From contig QHUL01000050.1 of assembly GCA_003222115.1 (NCBI GenBank), positions 17,086 to 81,085 on the forward strand: 64,000 nucleotides of DNA. The letters run 5' to 3'. The position numbers were made by a program, and so were the translations under genes. Numbering within the stretch: position 1 is the first letter of the stretch; the number at the start of each line of letters is the position of its first letter. The DNA comes from Gemmatimonadota bacterium. Its GTDB lineage: Bacteria > Gemmatimonadota > Gemmatimonadetes > Gemmatimonadales > GWC2-71-9. Below the pieces are notes generated by a model, which had not been told where the DNA came from, did not search any database, and saw nothing but the letters and a program-made list of their open reading frames with translations. Positions 25,535 through 33,901 of the stretch are shown here, in pieces.

Positions 25535-27190
25535 TTATTTGTGATACACAACCTTCCCGCCCACGATCGTGTAGCTCACCCTCGCCCGGTCGAGCGAGTC
25601 GGGCGGTACGGTGAACAGGTTACGATCGACCACGACCAGGTCGGCGTAATAACCCGGGGCGAGCGTCCCCCATTTCCCCTCGTTGAAGGTCGCGTAGGCG
25701 TTCCCCTCCGTGTAGCCGCGAAGCGCCTCCCCGACCGTGATCTTCTGCTCGGGCACCCAGCCGTTCGGGTGCTTGCCGTCGAGGGTGCGGCGGGTCACCG
25801 CGGCATAGACGCCCAGGATGGGATCGAGCGGCGCGACGGTCCAGTCCGACCCGAAGCCGAGCTTCGCTCCGGTGTCGAGCAGCGTGCGGAACGCGTAGGT
25901 GGTCTTGATGCGGACCGGTCCAATCCGCCCCTCGACCCAGCGGCCGTCGTCGATCGCGTGGTAGGGCTGCATCGACGCAATCACGCCCAGGCGGCCGAAG
26001 CGGGGGATGTCCTGAGGCCGCAGGTGCTGCGCGTGCTCGACCCGGAAGCGCCGGTCGCGCGCCCCGTGGACCCTGGCGACGCTGTCGTAGATGTCGAGGA
26101 TGATGGCGTTCGCGCGGTCGCCGATGGCGTGCACGGTGACCTGCAGCCCCGCCGAGTCGCCGTTGCCGACCCAGCTGCGAAGGTCCGGCTCGGCATGCTG
26201 CATCAGCCCTGCGTAGCCCGCCGAGTCCGCATAGGGCTCGAAGAAATACGCGGTGCGGGAGCCGGCCGAGCCGTCCACGTACCCCTTGAGCCCGCCGATC
26301 TTGACCCAGTCGTCGCCCAGGCCCGAGCGGCGGATCGTGTCGGCGACCGCGCGCCAGTCGGAGAGATCGAGGTACAAGGCCACGCGCAGGGTCATCCGCC
26401 CGGCTTTCTCCAGCCGCCGATAGCTCGCGCGGTCGGCCCAGGATGCGGACACATGGGAGGTCGCGGTCACGCCCAGCGAGGCGGCATAGGCGAGCGCGCG
26501 CGCCAGCGCGGAGTCGCGCTGCTCGGGGCCCGGTTCCGGGACCGCTTTGCCGATCAGGCCCAACGCCTGGTCCTTGAAGATCCCGATCGGCTCGCCGGTC
26601 CGCGGATCACGCAGGATCTCACCACCGAGGGGCGTGGGCGTATCCTTGGTGACGCCGGCCGCCCTAATCGCGGCGCTGTTGGCGAGCGCCTCGTGCCCAT
26701 CGAGCCGGTCCACGAACACGGGATTGTTCGGGGTCACCGAATCGATCCATTCGCGCCGCGGCAGTGGGGCGCCCTTCCAGAGGGTGTGATCCCAGTCGCC
26801 GCCCGTGATCCATTCACCCGGCTTGAGCTTCTGGGCGTATGCCTTGAGCCGCCGGATGAACTCCTGCGGCGTGGCGGCATCGCGCAGGTCAACGGAGGCG
26901 AGCTGGAAGCCGCCGTTGATGAAGTGGGTGTGCCCGTCCGAGAACCCGGGCATGATGAGCCCGCCCCGCGCGGACAGCACCTGCGTCTCCCCGCCCACGT
27001 AGCGGCGCACCGCCGCAGTGTCACCGACCGCCAGGATCCTCCCGCCCCTGACCGCCACGGCGCCGGGCTGCGGTTCGCCGCTGGAGAGGCCGGTCCAGAC
27101 GACGCCGCCCGTGATGACGAGGTCGGCCTTGCGGCCGCAGGCAGCGAGACACATGAGCAACAGCCCCGGCACGGAGAAGCGTCGCGACAT
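25535..27190 (-). CDS. Amidohydrolase-family (Amidohydro_3-type) metal-dependent hydrolase; lipoprotein signal
   Basis: The N-terminus has a lipobox (LLLMCLAAC). Motifs include PGFSDGHTHF and HAIGD, with a C-terminal YTIVGGKVVY. Confidence 0.8.
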   Translation of the reverse strand: MSRRFSVPGLLLMCLAACGRKADLVITGGVVWTGLSSGEPQPGAVAVRGGRILAVGDTAAVRRYVGGETQVLSARGGLIMPGFSDGHTHFINGGFQLASVDLRDAATPQEFIRRLKAYAQKLKPGEWITGGDWDHTLWKGAPLPRREWIDSVTPNNPVFVDRLDGHEALANSAAIRAAGVTKDTPTPLGGEILRDPRTGEPIGIFKDQALGLIGKAVPEPGPEQRDSALARALAYAASLGVTATSHVSASWADRASYRRLEKAGRMTLRVALYLDLSDWRAVADTIRRSGLGDDWVKIGGLKGYVDGSAGSRTAYFFEPYADSAGYAGLMQHAEPDLRSWVGNGDSAGLQVTVHAIGDRANAIILDIYDSVARVHGARDRRFRVEHAQHLRPQDIPRFGRLGVIASMQPYHAIDDGRWVEGRIGPVRIKTTYAFRTLLDTGAKLGFGSDWTVAPLDPILGVYAAVTRRTLDGKHPNGWVPEQKITVGEALRGYTEGNAYATFNEGKWGTLAPGYYADLVVVDRNLFTVPPDSLDRARVSYTIVGGKVVYHK

Positions 27191-27201
27191 GGCGGGCTCC
27201 C

Positions 27202-27456
27202 TCAGCGCAGTTTGGTGATGCGGCGGATGGTCTCGAGCGCGGCGAGCGGGCCCGGCCCCTGCTCCGGTTTCGCCTCGCCCGGGGCCGCGAGGGCGTCGCG
27301 GATGTCCAAGAGCACCTCGAGCAGGAGCTGTTCCCGCTGATAGGCGGCGTCGAGGTCCGCCATGCGCACGTGGTCTCCGGCCGCGTTGGCACGCTCGTAG
27401 GCTTCGCGGTACACGGATTCCAGGTTGGCGAGAATGCGATCGCGGGCGCGCGGCAT
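27202..27456 (-). CDS. Small hypothetical helical protein (84 aa)
   Basis: Its start codon overlaps the DJ-1 stop by 1 nt (TGATG). Composition is coding-like. I recognise no family. Confidence 0.5.
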   Translation of the reverse strand: MPRARDRILANLESVYREAYERANAAGDHVRMADLDAAYQREQLLLEVLLDIRDALAAPGEAKPEQGPGPLAALETIRRITKLR

Positions 27457-27986
27457 CAGTCCACCGGGCCCTTCCGGAGCGCCGCGATCAGCGCCTTGCA
27501 GAACGCGGGCAGGTCCGCCGGAGTGCGAGACGAGATCAGGTTGCCGTCGACCACGACGGGGGCGTCTTCCCAGATGACTCCGGCATTCTCCATGTCGTCC
27601 TTGATGGCCCGGACGCTGGTCGCCCGCTTGCCCTTGAGGATCTTCGCCGAGATGGGCACCCAGCCCGCGTGACAGATGAACGCGAGCGGCTTCCCGGCCT
27701 GATAGATCTCCCGGGTGATCCGCAGCACCGTGTCGTAGCGCCGCAGCTGATCAGGCGCGAACCCGCCCGGGATCACGAGCCCGTCGAAGCCCGCGGCGCT
27801 CACCTGATCCACGCTCGTGTCCACCGTGATGGGATACCCGCGCTTCCCCTCGTAGGTCTTCTCCCCGAGACCCGCCACCGTGGTAGCGGCGCCTTCCTCC
27901 TCGAGCCGGATCTTCGGGTACCAGAGCTCCAGATCCTCGTACAGCGGGCCCGCGAAGAGCAGGACCTTCTTGCCGTTCAAGCTCAC
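27456..27986 (-). CDS. DJ-1/PfpI-family protein
   Basis: This is the C-terminal 177 codons of track ORF 27456..29045. The GTG at 27986 is preceded by GGAGG and overlaps the upstream stop as GTGA. It has the nucleophile elbow AFICHAGW and the motif VIPGG. Confidence 0.85.
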   Translation of the reverse strand: MSLNGKKVLLFAGPLYEDLELWYPKIRLEEEGAATTVAGLGEKTYEGKRGYPITVDTSVDQVSAAGFDGLVIPGGFAPDQLRRYDTVLRITREIYQAGKPLAFICHAGWVPISAKILKGKRATSVRAIKDDMENAGVIWEDAPVVVDGNLISSRTPADLPAFCKALIAALRKGPVD

Positions 27987-29245
27987 GTCCCCTCCGCCGT
28001 CTTGATGACCAGGCCGCCCGCCACCTTCGGCACGAAGTAAGTGGACTTGGGCGGCATGACCCCGCCGGCGTCCGCCACCGCGAACACCTGGTCCACCCTC
28101 GTGGGATTGAGCAGCACCGCCGCGGCCGCCCGGCCGTTGCGCACGGCGTCGAACGCCGCGTGGGCGTCGGCCGTGTAGGCGAGCGACGGCGTGGCGGTGC
28201 CGGCGCTGAGAATGTACTGCACCACGAGCGCCTCGATGCGCGCCACGTCGAGCCCGCGCACGGCCTCCGTGCGCCCGAGCTCGGGAAGCTTGTCGAGCGG
28301 CGCGTCCCGCTTCAGCACCAAGGTAACGTCGTAGCCGCCGGGAAAGGCCACGATGCACGCCGTTCCCTGGCGCCCCAGTTCCGCCAGCCGCTCGATGCGG
28401 TCGGCGCAGGGTGCCACGCGGCCCACGTCGAACCACTCGCGCCACGCCGGAATCAGCTTCGCGGGATCCCGGCCCGCGCCGAAGATGATGCGGTGCGTCG
28501 GCAGAATCACGAGCCCGGGATCCGTGGCGGCCACGACGAGGGCGAGCACCCGATCGGCCCGCGGGTTCTCCAGCGCGTAGGTGATCGCCGTTTCGTAGCG
28601 ATGGTGGCCGTCGGCGATGTAGAGCGGGTGGCGAGAGGCGGCTGCCGCGAGGCCCTCCGCCTCGGCGCCGGCCGCGACCCAGAGCCGCAGCGCGACGCCG
28701 TCGAGCTCGGCTCGCGCCGCGGGCGGGCGCCGGGCCACCGCGGCCAGCCCCGTCGCGAGCGCGCCGTCGGGATCGGGAGCGAGGAGAAAGATCGCCTCGA
28801 GGTTGGCGCGGGTCGCCCTTAACAGCGCGAGGCGATCGGCCTTGGGCGCGGCGTGCGTCTTCTCGTGCGGCCGCACCCGCCGCGTCTCGAAGCTCTCCGC
28901 CCGCACCGCCGCGAACATCCCGATCCGCGTGCGGCGCTCCCCGCTCGGCAGGGCGAAGTCCTCGGCAACCGCGTATACGGCGTCGGCCGGGTCGGCGCGG
29001 AGCACTCCCTCCCTGCGCCACGCTGCGAGCTGGCTCGCGGCCCACAGGTAGCGATCCTCTCCCGGCGGCGCTTCCGGGAGGGTGAGGCGCACGATATTGT
29101 GAGGGTCCCGCGCGGCAAGCTGCGCGCGCTGTTCCGGCGACAGCACGTCGTAGGGGGGCGCGAGCAGCGCGCTCAGGCGCGACGACGCAGCGAAGCGCTC
29201 ACCCCGGAACGGCGCCGCGAGCGGCGGCAAGTCGGCGTTCACCAC
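27983..29245 (-). CDS. DUF1015-family protein
   Basis: The run APFRGERF...LLAPPYDVLSPEQR...ADGHHRYETA matches my recollection of the DUF1015/COG4198 family. The start is a GTG. Confidence 0.75.
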   Translation of the reverse strand: MVNADLPPLAAPFRGERFAASSRLSALLAPPYDVLSPEQRAQLAARDPHNIVRLTLPEAPPGEDRYLWAASQLAAWRREGVLRADPADAVYAVAEDFALPSGERRTRIGMFAAVRAESFETRRVRPHEKTHAAPKADRLALLRATRANLEAIFLLAPDPDGALATGLAAVARRPPAARAELDGVALRLWVAAGAEAEGLAAAASRHPLYIADGHHRYETAITYALENPRADRVLALVVAATDPGLVILPTHRIIFGAGRDPAKLIPAWREWFDVGRVAPCADRIERLAELGRQGTACIVAFPGGYDVTLVLKRDAPLDKLPELGRTEAVRGLDVARIEALVVQYILSAGTATPSLAYTADAHAAFDAVRNGRAAAAVLLNPTRVDQVFAVADAGGVMPPKSTYFVPKVAGGLVIKTAEGT

Positions 29246-29259
29246 GGAGGAGACTCCCC

Positions 29260-29580
29260 TTGTCCCTGAGCGAAACCCAGCAGCGAGTCGATCGATGGAT
29301 CGGGCAATATAAGGAAGGCTACTTCTCTCCGCTCACCAACCTCGCCCGGCTGACGGAGGAAGTGGGCGAGCTCGCCCGCGAGATCAACCACCGCTTCGGC
29401 GAGAAACCCAAGAAGCATGAGGAGCCCGCGGGCTCCCTCGCCTTGGAGCTGGCCGACATCCTCTTCGTGGTCGTCTGCCTCGCCAATTCCCAGGGGATCG
29501 ATCTGGATCAGGCCTTCGACGCCATGATGGCGAAGGTCAGCGCCCGCGACGCCGACCGCTGGACCAGGAAGGAACGCTGA
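29260..29580 (+). CDS. MazG-like nucleotide pyrophosphohydrolase (small all-alpha NTP-PPase)
   Basis: The run LTEEVGELAREI...LALELADILFVVVCLAN...DLDQAF carries the EExxE/D motifs. The TTG start lies 6 nt after GGAGGAG. Confidence 0.8.
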   Translation: MSLSETQQRVDRWIGQYKEGYFSPLTNLARLTEEVGELAREINHRFGEKPKKHEEPAGSLALELADILFVVVCLANSQGIDLDQAFDAMMAKVSARDADRWTRKER

Positions 29581-30493
29581 CCTCGTCGTAGATGTGCCGG
29601 TACGAAACGAGCCGATCGAGGTCGAACGCGCCCCGCTCCGCGGCCGTGCGCACGCCGCAATCCGGCTCGGCCAGATGGCGGCAATTGTCGAAGCGGCACT
29701 GGTCGAGGAAGCGGCGGAACTCGGGAAAACAGGGGGCGAGCAGCTCCGGGTCGACGCCCCAGGCCCCGACCTCCCGCAGGCCCGGCGTGTCCACCACGTA
29801 GGCGCCCCCCCCACCCCCCCCACCCACCCCACCCGCGGCGAGGGGCACGAGCTGCGCCGCCCGCGTCGTGTGCTTCCCCGTCCCCCACTTCTCGTTGATC
29901 TCGCCGATCCGGAGATTCAAGCCCGGCTGTAGCGCGTTCACGAGACTCGACTTCCCCACCCCCGATTCCCCGGTCAGGACGGAGGCACGGCCCCGCAGCA
30001 GGTCGCGCAGCGCGGGGAGACCCTCGGCCGCCTTGACCGACGTCGGGAGCACCTGATAGCCGGCAGGGCCGTAGCGGCGGCGGAACAGCTCGAGCGCTCC
30101 GCGGTCGAGCTCGAGTTTGTTGAGCACCAGCACCGGGGGGATGCGATTCGCCTCGGCGATCACGAGCAAGCGGTCGAGCATGCGGAAATTCGGCTCGGGA
30201 TCCCGTGCCGCCGCTACCACCACTACCTGGTCCACGTTGGCGGCGATCGGCTGCCGCCGGCCGGGCCCGCGCGTGCCGGACGAGCGGCGCGCGAGCAGCG
30301 AGCGGCGCGGGCGCACACCGGTGATGGCGGCCGGGCCGTCGCCGCGAACCTCCAGCTCGACCACATCCCCCGCGACCACGCGGTCATCGTCTTTGCGCTT
30401 GAGCTTCCCGCGCAGCACCGCCGTCATTTCCCCGCGCTCCGCGTGCACGCGATACGTCGAGCCTGTCCGAGCCAGCACCACGCCCGTGGTCAC
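29537..30493 (-). CDS. rsgA: Ribosome small-subunit-dependent GTPase A
   Basis: It has an OB-fold N-terminus, a circularly permuted GTPase (VLNKLEL, GESGVGKSSLVNAL, DTPG) and a Zn-finger tail (CRFDNCRHLAEPDCGV). It also contains an unusual poly-Gly insert. Confidence 0.92.
   Translation of the reverse strand: MTTGVVLARTGSTYRVHAERGEMTAVLRGKLKRKDDDRVVAGDVVELEVRGDGPAAITGVRPRRSLLARRSSGTRGPGRRQPIAANVDQVVVVAAARDPEPNFRMLDRLLVIAEANRIPPVLVLNKLELDRGALELFRRRYGPAGYQVLPTSVKAAEGLPALRDLLRGRASVLTGESGVGKSSLVNALQPGLNLRIGEINEKWGTGKHTTRAAQLVPLAAGGVGGGGGGGAYVVDTPGLREVGAWGVDPELLAPCFPEFRRFLDQCRFDNCRHLAEPDCGVRTAAERGAFDLDRLVSYRHIYDEVSVPSWSSGRRRGR
29805..29834 (-). repeat. C-rich (+) / G-rich (coding strand) low-complexity tract inside rsgA, encoding GGVGGGGGGG
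   Basis: The + strand reads ccccccccaccccccccacccaccccaccc, which includes two C8 homopolymers. Confidence 0.9.
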
Positions 30494-30789
30494 GCCATTC
30501 CCCCTTCCCGCTTCGCCGTTCCCGCCCTTGCGACGCAGGCGTCGAGATGCGCCTTCACGTCGTGCAGCGTGAGCGCGAGCACCGGGGCGAGCGCGTCCGC
30601 AGGCGTCCGCCCGAAGCCGATGTAATCGGTCTCGAGATGGCCGACGGGGCGGTCACCCGCGTCTGACCACCGGATGAAGAGCAGGGCGGCGCCGTAGCGT
30701 CCGTCCGGGTCCGGCGCATCGTCCACGAACGTGGCGACGGAGTAGGACGAGCCATCCTCACCCCCGAAGGCGGGCGCGCGCTCGTGCAC
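30490..30789 (-). CDS. Small hypothetical protein (about 99 aa; start uncertain) coupled to rsgA
   Basis: This is the tail of track ORF 30490..31428, downstream of the proline dehydrogenase stop. Its stop overlaps the rsgA start as ATGA. The GTG at 30789 is the first canonical start after 30819. Confidence 0.4.
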   Translation of the reverse strand: MHERAPAFGGEDGSSYSVATFVDDAPDPDGRYGAALLFIRWSDAGDRPVGHLETDYIGFGRTPADALAPVLALTLHDVKAHLDACVARAGTAKREGGMA

Positions 30790-30818
30790 CCGTTGATAGC
30801 CGCCGAGGGTGAGGTCCG

Positions 30819-31751
30819 TCAGCTCGCTCGTACGGACTCCTTCACGACGTTGCCGAGCAGGAAGGCGATGTTGGCGGGGCGCTCGGCGAGACGGCGCATG
30901 AGGTAAGGATACCATTGTTCCCCAAAGGGGACGTAGACGCGGACGTTCCACCCCTCGCGCCGCAGCGCGTGCTGCAGGTCGCGCCGTACGCCGTACAGCA
31001 TCTGGAACTCGAAGCGGGCCGGCGCGATGCCTCGCCGGCGCGCGAACGCCTTCGCGTGCGCGATGATCCTGACGTCGTGCGTCGCGATCCCGGGGTAGAT
31101 GCCGCGCTCGAGCAGTTGCTCCATGCAGCGGATGTAGTTCGCATCGACATCGGCTTTCGCCGGGAACGCGACCTCGGGTGGCTCCTTGTACGCCCCCTTG
31201 CAGAGCCGCACCCGGGCCCCCCGGGCGATCATGTCCGCCACGTCGCGCTCGGTGCGCCGCAGATAGGACTGCAGCACCACGCCGACCGCGTTGCCGAACT
31301 CCGGGTGGAAGCGCTCCGTGAAGAGCCGCAGGGTCCTCTCGGTGTAGGCCGAGCCTTCCATATCGATGCGCACGAACGAGTCGTGCTGGCGGGCCCGCGC
31401 GACGATGGCGCGGACGTTGTCGACGCACAGGCCCTCGTCGATGTCGAGCCCCATCTGCGTCAGCTTCACGGACACGTTGCCGTCGGCGCGCGCGCGGTGG
31501 ATGTGATCGAGCGTCTGGAGGTAGACGTCCCGGGCTGCCCGCGCCTCCGCGGCGCCGCCCACCGCCTCGCCCAGGAGATCGAGGCTCGCCGAGATGCCGG
31601 CGGCGTTGAGCCGCTTCAGGGCGGCGACGGCGTCGTCGACCGTTTCTCCGGCGACGAAGCGCGCCGCGAAGCGACGCGCCAGGCCGTTCCCCCGGACGAA
31701 CTTGAAGACGCGGGGTTGCTCGCTGAGCCAGAGGAGGCCGGCGCGCAGCAC
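30819..31751 (-). CDS. Proline dehydrogenase (monofunctional PutA-like)
   Basis: It matches the family over its full length: LSEQPRVFKFV...FVAGETVDDAV...SLDLLGE...VKLTQMG...VRLCKGAY...ATHD...EFQMLYG. The start is a GTG. Confidence 0.88.
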   Translation of the reverse strand: MLRAGLLWLSEQPRVFKFVRGNGLARRFAARFVAGETVDDAVAALKRLNAAGISASLDLLGEAVGGAAEARAARDVYLQTLDHIHRARADGNVSVKLTQMGLDIDEGLCVDNVRAIVARARQHDSFVRIDMEGSAYTERTLRLFTERFHPEFGNAVGVVLQSYLRRTERDVADMIARGARVRLCKGAYKEPPEVAFPAKADVDANYIRCMEQLLERGIYPGIATHDVRIIAHAKAFARRRGIAPARFEFQMLYGVRRDLQHALRREGWNVRVYVPFGEQWYPYLMRRLAERPANIAFLLGNVVKESVRAS

Positions 31752-31771
31752 CGTGGGGCGGGCCCGTGCAG

Positions 31772-33901
31772 TTAGGAGTAGAACCGGCTTCCCCGGCGGG
31801 CCTGTTCTTGCAGCACCTCGCAGGGGGCGAAGCGCGGGCCGTAGCGCTCGGCGAGCCGCTCTAGCTCGGCCACGAGTCGGGCCGCGCCCAGGTCGTCCGC
31901 GTGGCGGAGCGGGCCGCCACGGAACGGCGGGAAACCGAACCCGAAGATCGCCCCGATGTCGCCGTCGCGGGGCGTGCGCACCACGCCGTCGCCGACCGCT
32001 CGCGCGGCCTCGTTCAACATGCCGTCCACGAGGCGCTGCAGGATATCGGCGAGGCGGGGGCCGCCGTTCGGGTGGACGCCGAGGAGCTCATACACCGCGG
32101 GGTCCACGCCCCGTTTCTTGCCGCCCCCGTAGCGATAGAACCCGCGCCCCGATTTGCGCCCCAGCCGGCCCGCCTTGACGAGCGCCGCCACGCCGGCGGT
32201 CGCCTGCAGCCGCTCCCCGAACGCCGCGCCCATCACCTGGCTCACCTTCTCCGCCACGTCGAGCCCCACTTCGTCGAGCAGCGTAACGGGCCCGACCGGG
32301 AACCCGAACCCCACCGCCGCCGCGTCGATCTCCTCGATCGAGGCGCCCTCGGCGAGCAGGTGACCGACCTCGTTCGCATACGGGGCGAGGATGCGGTTCA
32401 CCCAGAACCCCGGGCTGTCCTTCACGACGATGACCGTCTTCCCCAGCCGCCGCCCGAAGCCGACCGCTGTGCTCACGACGCCGGGCGCCGTGCGCGCCGC
32501 GGGTATGACCTCGAGCAGCGGCATCCGGTCGACCGGCGAGAAGAAGTGCATGCCGATCACGCGCTCCGGTCGGCTCGCCGCCTCGGCGATGCGCGCGATG
32601 GGGATCGTCGAGGTATTCGACGCGAACACGGCGTCGTCCCGCGCCGCCGCTTCCACCTCGCGCAGCACCTGCTGCTTCACGCCCAGGTCCTCGAACACCG
32701 CCTCGATGACGAGGTCGGCGCGCCCGAAGCCGGCGTAGCCGTCACCGCCCGAGAGCAGGGCGGCGAGGCGCGCGTACTCGTACTTCGTGATGCGGCGGCG
32801 CCGCAACCGCTCGTCGAGCTGCCCGCGGGCGGCGGCGAGCCCTTGGGCCACGCGGGGCAGGTCCGCGTCCTTCATGCGCACGTCGACGCCCGCCTGCACG
32901 ATCGCCGTGCCCGCGATCCCCGACCCCATGAACCCGGCGCCGACGATCGCGAGCCGCTGCACCGCAGCGGGCGGCGGGGCGGCGGGGATGCCGAAGTCCT
33001 TCTTGAGCTGGGTCGTGGCAAAGAAGATCTGGACGAGCTTGCGGGAGACGTCGGTGACCGCGAGCTGCCCGAACAGCCGGGCCTCGCGTTTCAGCCCCTC
33101 CGCCATGCCGTGCTTCAGTCCGTGCTCGACGGCTTCGAGGGCGGCGAGGGGCGCGGGGTACTGGCCTTTGGTGCGCTCGAGCACCTGCCGCCGCGCCGCG
33201 CGAAACACCAAGCGGCGGCCGAGCGGGTTGCGGTCGAGCAGCCAGCCGAGCATGCCGCCCGGGCGCCGCCGCCTGGGACGCCAGCGGTCGGCGAGGCGCC
33301 GCGCCGCGGCAACGGTGATGTCCTGCAGGATCGCCGGGTGCACCAGCTCGTCCACCATCCCGAGCCGGAACGCCTTGGGCGCCCGCTCGCTCTTGCCGGC
33401 GAGGATGATGTCGAGCGCCGCCCGCGCGCCGATCAGCCGCGGCAGTCGCTGGCAGCCGCCTGCCCCCGGAAGGATGCCGAGCTGGACCTCGGGCAAGCCG
33501 AGCTGCGTCTTGGGGTGGTCCGTGGCGACGCGGTAGTGGCACGCGAGCGCGAACTCGAGTCCTCCGCCGAGACAGGCGCCGTGGATGCCGACGGCGACGG
33601 GCTTCGGGAAGCGCGCGATGCGGTCCATCATCTCCTGCCCCTCGGCCGCGAGCCGCTCGGCCTCGGCGGCGCTCCCGATCGTCACAAACTCCTCGATGTC
33701 CGCGCCCGCGATGAAGTTCTCGGGTTTGCCCGAGAACACGGCGATCGCCCGCACCGCGGGGTCGTGCTCGAGCGCCGTGAAGGTCGCGATGAACTCATCC
33801 TTCACCGCGCGGGAGAACTTGTTGACGGGGGAGTCCTTCAGGTCGAACGTGACGATGGCGACGCCGTCGGCGGGCTCCCAGGTGAGCGCCGGTCCCGGCA
33901 T
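31772..33901 (-). CDS. Fatty-acid oxidation multifunctional enzyme alpha subunit (enoyl-CoA hydratase / 3-hydroxyacyl-CoA dehydrogenase, FadJ/FadB-like)
   Basis: It has a crotonase N-domain (FSGKPENFIAGADI) and a 3-HCDH NAD site (IVGAGFMGSGIA). The ATG at 33901 overlaps the thiolase stop by 1 nt (TGATG). Confidence 0.9.
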   Translation of the reverse strand: MPGPALTWEPADGVAIVTFDLKDSPVNKFSRAVKDEFIATFTALEHDPAVRAIAVFSGKPENFIAGADIEEFVTIGSAAEAERLAAEGQEMMDRIARFPKPVAVGIHGACLGGGLEFALACHYRVATDHPKTQLGLPEVQLGILPGAGGCQRLPRLIGARAALDIILAGKSERAPKAFRLGMVDELVHPAILQDITVAAARRLADRWRPRRRRPGGMLGWLLDRNPLGRRLVFRAARRQVLERTKGQYPAPLAALEAVEHGLKHGMAEGLKREARLFGQLAVTDVSRKLVQIFFATTQLKKDFGIPAAPPPAAVQRLAIVGAGFMGSGIAGTAIVQAGVDVRMKDADLPRVAQGLAAARGQLDERLRRRRITKYEYARLAALLSGGDGYAGFGRADLVIEAVFEDLGVKQQVLREVEAAARDDAVFASNTSTIPIARIAEAASRPERVIGMHFFSPVDRMPLLEVIPAARTAPGVVSTAVGFGRRLGKTVIVVKDSPGFWVNRILAPYANEVGHLLAEGASIEEIDAAAVGFGFPVGPVTLLDEVGLDVAEKVSQVMGAAFGERLQATAGVAALVKAGRLGRKSGRGFYRYGGGKKRGVDPAVYELLGVHPNGGPRLADILQRLVDGMLNEAARAVGDGVVRTPRDGDIGAIFGFGFPPFRGGPLRHADDLGAARLVAELERLAERYGPRFAPCEVLQEQARRGSRFYS

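Noticed and set aside
25445-27340. A 631-aa ORF (+) opposite the amidohydrolase gene
   Set aside because: It is a shadow ORF. The minus-strand frame carries the amidohydrolase motifs and a lipoprotein signal.
27987-29045. The upstream two-thirds of track ORF 27456..29045 (-)
   Set aside because: It overlaps the DUF1015 gene out of frame. The real DJ-1 gene starts at the GTG at 27986, which is preceded by GGAGG.
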